DNA from: Nemertoderma westbladi
Lineage: Eukaryota; Animalia; Xenacoelomorpha
Assembly (NCBI GenBank): GCA_032718475.1
Contig: JAUCBJ010000697.1
Span: 1-64,000 of the forward strand
DNA length: 64,000 bases
Direction: 5' to 3'
Shown: one piece after another, positions 42,975 to 51,300 of the stretch
Numbering within the stretch: the stretch's first letter is position 1
Layout: every line of letters begins with the position of its first letter
Program-made: the position numbers and the translations under genes
The notes under the pieces: generated by a model
Told to the model about the DNA's origin: nothing
The model's database searches: none
Seen by the model: the letters and a program-made list of their open reading frames with translations, nothing else

Positions 42975-43166
42975 ATGGAAGTATCGATCACACCCATTGA
43001 TATAATCCAAGTTGAGCCAGGAATCTGGCACGTCGAAGTTGAAGTACAAGGAACGAACGTCGGACGATTCAGGATTACCGTTCGGGTGGTCCAAGCTGAG
43101 TACAATACCTACGAGGAACTGTTTTATGACATCGCGTATCTAGCTATCGACGAGGTGTTACAATGA
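42975..43166 (+). CDS. 63-aa upstream ORF overlapping the gag start (ATGA); also at 34230 and 56234
   Basis: Protein-like beta/alpha pattern; stop overlaps the gag ATG; the one copy-3 substitution I noticed is synonymous in this frame. Confidence 0.45.
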   Translation: MEVSITPIDIIQVEPGIWHVEVEVQGTNVGRFRITVRVVQAEYNTYEELFYDIAYLAIDEVLQ

Positions 43167-46100
43167 CGACAAATAACGTATCCGATACCGACGAGATGGA
43201 TCACCACACAGACTCGGAAGCCGACGAGGTACCAAACGTCAAGAACATGACCCGTCGGCTAGGGGCTCTCAAAGGCGGAGTAACCCGAGCGTATCAACGG
43301 ATGGAGAAACAACTCAAGGGAGTCAAAAACCCCCTCAATGAGGTACAAACTCAGCTCCAAAGTATCCGAAATATCCTACAGCGGTACGAAAGAATGATAC
43401 AGGCGTACCAAGAGCTCGTTCCCTCCACTGATCAGGAAAACTACCCCAAGTTGGAAGAACACGTTGTACATCTAGATGGGTTCCGCAAACAACACCGGAG
43501 GACCCTCAGCCTTGTGAGAGGCTATGAAGAACAGTATTACAAGAGGGCTGAAAGAACAGACGCGGAATCAGTACGATCCTCCAGCATCAGGACAGCAGTA
43601 CATCGAAAGAGAACGGGGTCCGCTAGAAATCAGCACTCCAGCGCTAGGAGCGAGATATCCGGCTCAGCGCACAGTTCTCAAGGGGGGCCGCCACTCCGAG
43701 ACCAACTGCGAGAACGGAAGGCATTAGCCCTCAAAGCTCGGATGGAAGATGAGTATATTCAACTGCAAGCCGAGCAAGATATATTAGCCGCCGAAATGCA
43801 AAAACGGGAGGCCGAACAAGAGGTCGAACGGCGGGCCGAGCAACATAGACAGGAGGCTGAACAACGTGAACGAGAGGCCAGACAAGAGATCGAACAACGT
43901 AAATGGGAAGCAGAAATGCGTAAACAACACGCCGAGGCCCAAGCAATTCTCACCCACAAAAAGAATGCGGATATTGCGAAACTCGCGGAATACGAAGCCG
44001 CACTTATAGAACGAGATATTCAACTATACGAGGACTGGGAAAGGGATATAGATCAGGAATATGAACCAATCCCGGTACCGGAATTAGAGAAGTCACTTTC
44101 ACCAACAGCGGCGAAACTTCCGAAACCCGAGATCCCGCCTACCATACAGTCTACCTTATCGGCACAAGCACCGGTGTTCCATCTCCCACCGGTTACGCTT
44201 AAAAATGAGGAACCGTATTTCCCATCCAACCCCACAGCAACGAGTGTACCCAAGTACGAGCCTGAAAGGGACTCGGAACGGGACGCCACTCCTCGATCCA
44301 ACAACCCGTTCACATCCACACCACAAACCCGTAGTCGCGTCATCATTAAAACTCCACCTACCATTGATCCATCGAGTATGGGAGAGAGTGCCAATAACTA
44401 TAACCCTCCGAACCACTCCAGTTCGGACAACATCGGCATTATCCGGGCATTGGAAAACCGCCTCTCCATGCCCAAGATGGAGATCCGCACCTTCGAAGGA
44501 GATCCCGTCGATTACCTCAGATTCAAGAAACGGTTCTTTGCGCAGATTGGATCAACGGACATAGCCGATGCACAGAAACTGGTATATTTATCGCAATACC
44601 TGGGTGACAAACCACGCCGAATCATCGCTTGTTTTGAGGGAGGTTCTCATGAAGCATACTACGACGCATGGAAAACTCTAGACAAAAGATACAGAAATAC
44701 CGGGACTATAATTAATAAAACTCTAGAGAAACTGATACAAGACGCGGGATCACTAGGGGACCCACAGAACCTCCAGGAATTTTCAGATTCCATGAAGGAT
44801 GCCTACTACACTCTGAAACCCTTAAATAAGGAGGACCAGGTGAACAACATTCTAAACCTCCGACAGATCGCCCGGAAGTTCCCCGGATGGCTGCAAAGTA
44901 AGTGGGCCTATAAATGCGTAGATCTCCGGCACAGACATCCAGATCGAGATCCCAGCTTCCTCGAAATGTCGGCATTCCTGGACGATATCTCCGAAGCCAT
45001 GAATGACTCGATGTTCTCGAAACAGAGTCTCGCCAAGTTGTACGCAATGGAGAGCAATTACCAGAGCAGGGCACCCACTCCAAACCCAAGATTCCGCCCT
45101 ACTCCTGTGAGTGCGATGGCCATCAGTATGGCTGAGGACTCGGATGACGAGGATTACGAGGAACCGACCTTAGCAGAAGAATGGGCATGCTACCTAGCGA
45201 ATTGGACACCCGAAAGGGAAGGCACCACAGCCTCCCCTATATGTCTCTTCTGCGGAGAGAAACATAAGTTGGAATTCTGCGGAAAGTTCCAGTTTGCTGA
45301 ACTCGTCCCACGCTTCGAGGCGATGATGAAACACCGAGGATGCTTCCGGTGTCTTGGAACAGGTCACTACGTTCGGGATTGCGACCAAAGGTCGTGTTGT
45401 GCGGTTTGTAACGACCTACGTCATCACACGCTCCTCCACATCCCCGCGAACTTCGACTTCACTACCCTCCCCTTTCGGATCGAAGCCAAGCGAAGAGGAG
45501 AAACGAACCACGTTTCCAAAGGAACCCGGATTACCCAACGGAGAGAAACCAATCCGTTTAAAATCTCCACCGATAAACCACAAGTAACCAACATTTCAGC
45601 CACGATTAATCTTATAAATCGCCGCTACATGGTCTTCGCAAAGGTAATCCCGGTAAGGATTCAGGGAGTCGGCAAATCCCTGACGATGCTCGCGTTCCTT
45701 GATAACGGGTCTGACGGAACCATCATCGACCGGGATTTCCTCGAGCAACTCGGCCTAGAATATGAACCTTGTAAACGGCCCATACAAACCATCACCGATA
45801 ACAGAGAGGTAGAGTCTGGGGAGGTGCAACTCCAAATGGAAGGAGTAATGAAGGGCTACGAGACGGTCAAGCTAACCATCAAGAACGCCTTGGTACACAC
45901 AGACCTCCGAGTGCGGTTCCGACAATCAGCCGAGTACGCCCCCCTCATACAATTGGACCGAGACGATGTAGATCTGAGGTGTCCACAGTTGGACGTAAAC
46001 CGCATCACCCTACTGATCGGACTTGATACACCGGAATTACACATACCTACCGGAGATGTCGCCCGATCCATAAAGAAAGATGACGGCTTTTACGCTGAAC

Positions 46101-46981
46101 GAACCATAATGGGATGGACCCTCTGCGGCATCAAGGAAGAAACTACTGACACCTATACATATCTTCCTAAATGTCAGATTAAAGAAAATGTAACATCCGT
46201 GGGATATTGCTCAGCTACAGACCTCGATGAGGATTTATTTCTCGAAACCGAGAGAACCCAGCGGGAGATGACCGGATGCTTTAATGTGGAGACCCGAGAG
46301 TTTGCCGAGAAGGACGAGAATCCGTCCGAGGAAGATCAATATTGTACCAACATTTTTGATCAGGCCACGTTCAAAGACGGACATTGGCGCGTGCCCATGC
46401 TTTGGTGGCTAATAAGGTTGTTGATGATAATAATGACGTTGATAACATTGACACCATTAACGGGAGAGCACGGACTAATCTGCCGTAATACCCGGATGGC
46501 AAACGCCTCAGTTGAGTCCCTCACTCCTAACCACTTACTGGGGAGACCCAAAACCCACGTTCTCCCGGAAACCATGTTCCTGGATCCCAACGAGATCGCG
46601 AAACATACAAACTGGAAAAAGGCCCAAGCGTTGGCAGCGCATTGGTGGAGAATTTGGGCCCAGGAGTACCTCATAACCCTCCGGACCAGGAGGAAATGGA
46701 ACAACACCTACCGGAACGTCGCAGTTGGCGACATGGTACTAGTTAAAGAAGATCTCAATGACCGCGTTCACTGGCCTTTGGCGCGGGTCGTGACCATACA
46801 CCCAAGCAAAGACGGACTTGCGAGGACTGTGACGATACGAACGAAATCGGGCCACTACCAACGCCCCATCCAAAAGCTGTGCCTTCTTGAAGGCAATGAT
46901 AGCGGTGACTCTACGAGAGGTGATAAGTTCCCTACTCAAGATCCTGCTGCAGACATCGGTGACAATGACAAATGCGTTTAA
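43163..46981 (+). CDS. BEL/Pao Gag-protease-integrase C-terminal fusion (RT, RNase H and integrase core missing)
   Basis: DUF1759-like (FEGDPVDYLRF, QKLVYLSQYL); three zinc knuckles (CLFCGEKHKLEFC, CFRCLGTGHYVRDC, CAVCNDLRHHTLLH); protease AFLDNGS; DUF5641-like LTPNHLLG..WAQEYL..VGDMVLV..WPLARV..DG..RPIQKLCLL. No YVDD RT motif. Confidence 0.92.
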   Translation: MTTNNVSDTDEMDHHTDSEADEVPNVKNMTRRLGALKGGVTRAYQRMEKQLKGVKNPLNEVQTQLQSIRNILQRYERMIQAYQELVPSTDQENYPKLEEHVVHLDGFRKQHRRTLSLVRGYEEQYYKRAERTDAESVRSSSIRTAVHRKRTGSARNQHSSARSEISGSAHSSQGGPPLRDQLRERKALALKARMEDEYIQLQAEQDILAAEMQKREAEQEVERRAEQHRQEAEQREREARQEIEQRKWEAEMRKQHAEAQAILTHKKNADIAKLAEYEAALIERDIQLYEDWERDIDQEYEPIPVPELEKSLSPTAAKLPKPEIPPTIQSTLSAQAPVFHLPPVTLKNEEPYFPSNPTATSVPKYEPERDSERDATPRSNNPFTSTPQTRSRVIIKTPPTIDPSSMGESANNYNPPNHSSSDNIGIIRALENRLSMPKMEIRTFEGDPVDYLRFKKRFFAQIGSTDIADAQKLVYLSQYLGDKPRRIIACFEGGSHEAYYDAWKTLDKRYRNTGTIINKTLEKLIQDAGSLGDPQNLQEFSDSMKDAYYTLKPLNKEDQVNNILNLRQIARKFPGWLQSKWAYKCVDLRHRHPDRDPSFLEMSAFLDDISEAMNDSMFSKQSLAKLYAMESNYQSRAPTPNPRFRPTPVSAMAISMAEDSDDEDYEEPTLAEEWACYLANWTPEREGTTASPICLFCGEKHKLEFCGKFQFAELVPRFEAMMKHRGCFRCLGTGHYVRDCDQRSCCAVCNDLRHHTLLHIPANFDFTTLPFRIEAKRRGETNHVSKGTRITQRRETNPFKISTDKPQVTNISATINLINRRYMVFAKVIPVRIQGVGKSLTMLAFLDNGSDGTIIDRDFLEQLGLEYEPCKRPIQTITDNREVESGEVQLQMEGVMKGYETVKLTIKNALVHTDLRVRFRQSAEYAPLIQLDRDDVDLRCPQLDVNRITLLIGLDTPELHIPTGDVARSIKKDDGFYAERTIMGWTLCGIKEETTDTYTYLPKCQIKENVTSVGYCSATDLDEDLFLETERTQREMTGCFNVETREFAEKDENPSEEDQYCTNIFDQATFKDGHWRVPMLWWLIRLLMIIMTLITLTPLTGEHGLICRNTRMANASVESLTPNHLLGRPKTHVLPETMFLDPNEIAKHTNWKKAQALAAHWWRIWAQEYLITLRTRRKWNNTYRNVAVGDMVLVKEDLNDRVHWPLARVVTIHPSKDGLARTVTIRTKSGHYQRPIQKLCLLEGNDSGDSTRGDKFPTQDPAADIGDNDKCV

Positions 46982-47249
46982 ACCCTTCTCATCATGTTGA
47001 CAAACTCTTTTTTAACTGTGATTTATCGACAACGAATTATGGACCCCCCTTAAACCAACTGTAACCACGCAATGGTATTTGTGTTTCCTCGTGTGTTATG
47101 TGGAGTCCAGCATCACCCTGCAGATGTTTCGACTGACGCAGGGTCGTTTATGTATTGTTTACCCTGATTTTGGTCATCGGGACCAATGATATTGGATTAT
47201 TGGAAATGGAAAAGATTTGAAGTGGAATTCATTGTATTCATTGCAGTAT

Positions 47250-47690
47250 GTTATGTTGTCCGTTGCGTGTGCAGTTCGGGGCGTAGGCGGTGTAACGAGT
47301 CCAGCTGTAGATCCCGGATTGCCGCGCAACACCCCCTCTATCCCGTTATTCTGGTGGGTCCATGGTGCATCCACATGACTTCGACGATAGAGGGTTTTAT
47401 GTTTCTCAGTCGCGTTATTCTGGTGGGACCGTTACGTGGATTTTGGGGCGTAGGCGGTGTAACGAGTCCAGCTGTAGATCCCAGAATGTTGCGTAACCCC
47501 ATCCCACATGACTTCGTCGACTGAGCTTTATGTTGTTGGGAGTGTTATTCTGGTGGGTCCATGGTGCATCCACGTGACTTCACTCTCGGCGTCTTCATTG
47601 TCCGTTACGTGCGCAGTTTGGGGCGTAGGCGGTGTAACGAGTCCAGCTGTAGATCCCAGATTGCCGCGTAACACCCCTTCCACGACAAAG
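47250..47690 (+). repeat. Three ~170-bp imperfect direct repeats in the inter-ORF region
   Basis: Identical 38-mer GGGGCGTAGGCGGTGTAACGAGTCCAGCTGTAGATCCC at ~47278, 47445 and 47620. Confidence 0.85.
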
Positions 47691-48059
47691 ATTAACCAAA
47701 GAAAATGATTGAATATAGTTGGAAACGATGAAAAGGATCAGACAACTCTACTATAAACCTGAATGATGACGCGTATGCTGATGAAAATGTAATGATGCGC
47801 ACCCTGGTGCTGCGCTTATAACCAATGATGATAGCCGGGGGGCTATAAACCCAATGATGATGTGGAAATAAATAAATGTGAAAAAATGGTGGAAATAAAT
47901 GTGATGAAATATATGTGGAAATAAATGAAATGTGATGGAATAATAATGAAATGAAAAAAGACAAAAAAAAGGTATAAAAAAGTCTAAAGAAAAGAATTGG
48001 AAAAAAGAAAGGACAAAAACGTCATAAAAAAACTGGTTGGATATTAATGTATAGTTATA

Positions 48060-51000
48060 CTACTACTACTACTAGGTCGAGCGAACTCGGACAGTGGAAA
48101 TGAGATCCTTCCAGGCTTCCCGATTCTCCATAGTTGTCGCAATTTCGTTTCTCCCAAGTTCAGTATCCCTTTCAAGTTGATCTATATATGTTATGGCAGG
48201 TCGTCCACGACTACGCTTTCCATGAGTTGGTTGCCAGAGAAGTAGATCTGGTATGACCTCGTCTTTACTTCGCCAGCAGTGCCCACTGAATCTTAATCTG
48301 CGTTCACGGAGGGTGGTTGATACAGGTGGTATTGTACCATAAAGCTCGGCGTTTGTCATGTGTTGTCTCCAGCTGATGTTTAGGGCTGCCCTTAGTAGTC
48401 TTGTGTAGCAACCATCAATTCGTTGTTCAAGTGATTTAGTCAGTGTCCAGGTCTCACCCCCGTATAAAAATACACTTTCCACTGTGGCTCGAAAGAACTT
48501 AGTCTTCAGGTGCCTGGAGAGATCTGATTTCCAGATGGTATCCATTTTTGATAGAGCTACCCAAGCCTTTGCTTTCCTAACTTCTATGTCCTTTTTGCTA
48601 CTCTCTATCCATGATCCAAGGTACTGGAAGTCATCGACCTTCCTTAGTTGATTATTATCAATGGTTGTCAAGTTTCCATCAACATTAAAGGTCATGAATT
48701 CGGTCTTGGTAGCATTTATGTGCAATCCAACCTCCTTAGCAGCCCTCTCCACTTTATTTAGTAGAAGCTGTGCATCTGCTAGCGTATTAGAGAGCAGGGC
48801 GATGTCATCCGCAAAGTCGGTGTCTGTGACTGTAGTTGCCGGATATCTACTACTTCTGCGTTCTTGAAGTGTGAATCCCAGATCTTCACCTGTTGTGGCC
48901 GTCCTCATTGCGTAATCCAGCACAATTACAAATAGTAATGGTGCTAATGTGTCACCTTGCAGTACGCCAGCCAGGATTGAGAAAAACTCAGTTTCACCAT
49001 CTGGTGAGAGTACCTGCGCTTCTGTGTCACAATATAACAATCCAATGCCAGCAACAATTACTTCTGGTATTCCATAAGCTCTTAGGATTTCAAGCATTTT
49101 ACCTCTATGGATGGAGTCGAATGCCTTCTTGAAGTCCACAAAAGTCATGACTGCGGGGAGATTCTTTGACTTAATTCCTTCAATTAGTCTCCGTAGTGCA
49201 AGTATCTGAGCTATTGTTGATCTACTTGGTCGAAATCCGTTTTGGCTCTTACGCAGTAGTTTCTCTATGTGAGGCCTAATCCTATATAGAATCATTTTAT
49301 TGTATATTTTGGCAGCTACCACAAGCAGACAGATCCCACGATAGTTTGTTGGTATGCCGAGGTCTCCTTTCTTGGGGAGAGGCTTTAGTTGACCTTTAGT
49401 CCAAATTGGTGGTGGCTTTTCCCCTTTTAACATCCGGTTGCAAACATTCAATAATGGTCTATTTAGCACTCCGGTTTTCCATACCTCCGCTGGGATTTCA
49501 TCTAATCCACTCGCTTTATTATTGGACATGCTTTTAATGCTTCTTTGGAGTTCGGCAGGTGTGAAGTCCCCTGTTTATATAGGTAGTGTCTTGTCATATA
49601 TTTTCCTTGTAGGGCTGACCTCGATGTTTGGTGGCTGCCCAAGCAAGTTGCTGAAGTGATTTTTCCACTTCCCAACACGTTCTTCAGGACTATCGGCTTT
49701 GAGGCGCCCCTTTGCACAACTTTTCCGACCAGATACCTCATTTACAGTTTGCCAGGTAAGTCTTGATTGTTGCTGTATGTGAGCAGTTGTAATTGCTTCA
49801 GTTTTATCCTGTATGTACTTTTCCTGGCTGATATTGTAGGCCAATTTAAGATCGTCCTTAGCTTTCTCAACCTTGTTAATGTTTTCGGTTGTTGGTTGTT
49901 CGGTTTTAACTTTGTAGGCTATCTTAAGATCTTCTCTCTTACAAGTAACCTCAGAGTTTTGCCATGGTACATACTGTTTTCGTTTAGGTTTCTGGGGGAT
50001 ATGCCTCTTAGCTGATTCCTTGTGGGCTGTTATTATATTCTGGTATATTGAATCGGTGGATTGGTCTTTATCTATTGACTGAAGTGCTTCAAAGCGGTTT
50101 TGAACTTCTACTGTATAAGCATCCTTTACAGCATTGTCAGTTCTGAGTTTCTCCCAGTCATAGTTGATCCGCCTGCTTGTCCTGGGTTTGCTGGCTCTCA
50201 AACTGAGTCTGATCTCTGCAGTCACAATTCTGTGGTCCGAACCAATTAGGTTGAACGAGCTGTATGCCTCGCAGTTGATCATGCTATTTCTCCACTTTTT
50301 GTTTATAAGGATGTAATCCAGTTGTGCTTTGGTTCCATTAGGGTATTGAAAGGTCCATAGCTTCCCCTTACTCTTTTCGAATGTGTTGTTTGTTGGTATC
50401 AATTCACATTCTTCCATTAGGTCTAAAAGTAAGTACCCATTTCTGCTAGAACAGGTGTTATAGGTGTAACCCTTGATGTCTTCTGGGCCAATTTGCGCAT
50501 TCAGGTCACCAGCAATGACTCTAACATTGTGTTTCGGGATGTCCTTAATAAGTCCAGTCAGTTCTTCATAAAACTTGACTGCTTGTTCTGGCTCTGATGC
50601 ATTGGTTGGACTGTAGCAACATATAACTGTTGTCTTGGGATTCCCATCAAATGTTGCGATCATAACCCTGGAATTTATAGATTCGATGTTGTTTAGGGTC
50701 TTAAGTGCAAATGGGCTTAGCAGAATTCCTACTCCACCAATTGATGCATTGGCCGAGTTTCTTACTGCTGAGCTTGTTACTAACATCCATCCATTCCCAA
50801 TGTCATTGTACTTCATGGCAGTGTCTTCATGACAAATCCGATGTTCTTGGATGCAGATGATGTCGATGTTATATTCCATTGCCAGAGCGACCATGTCACC
50901 CTGTTTGCTCTGTGATTTCAGCGTGCGTGCGTTCATTGTAGCAATATTTAGTGTCTTTTTACATTTCAACAGGTTGGTTCTTCTTTCTTCTCTGTCTTCT

Positions 51001-51111
51001 GTTCCAGTAGCCAATTTATCGACCCCAGCCTGGTGTACCACTGAGGGACGCGGTCCTTGTTGACCCGGGCGACGACCGAGCCGGTATTTCTCCTGGAGGG
51101 TTCTCATACTC
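48060..51111 (-). mobile_element. RTE-clade LINE nested antisense in the LTR element
   Basis: 13-bp TSD ATGTATAGTTATA (48047-48059 and 51112-51124), (TAG)n tail and a single APE+RT frame. Confidence 0.95.
48072..51107 (-). pseudogene. RTE APE endonuclease-reverse transcriptase ORF with one premature TAA (49575-49577)
   Basis: ATMNART, CIQEH, GDLNA, LDYIL, SDH; GVLQGDTLAP, FADDI. ORFs 49575-51113 and 48072-49529 are in the same frame. Confidence 0.93.
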
Positions 51112-51300
51112 ATGTATAGTTATAGTTATAGTAACTGTAAATGCTGAATGTATTAGCAATAAGATGATAGATGCCTATATAGCAATGTTATTAATAAACT
51201 GAATTAAATAAAAAACTGAATTATTCTGCTATCGCTATAGTTTCAGACTTTCTGGACTTATAATTAACTGATCTAATTTGTAACGGATATAATCGTAAAT

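Larger units (their letters stand above)
35524..44271 (+). repeat. Second copy of a tandem segmental duplication of 28129-35526
   Basis: Unique spacer, satellite variants, LTR and gag start are all repeated (offset 7395, later 8744-8745); GGA microhomology at the junction. Confidence 0.9.

Noticed and set aside
42574-43005. 143-aa ORF across the LTR/leader boundary
   Set aside because: It spans U5 and the palindromic leader, has no motif, and both copy-3 differences are non-synonymous.
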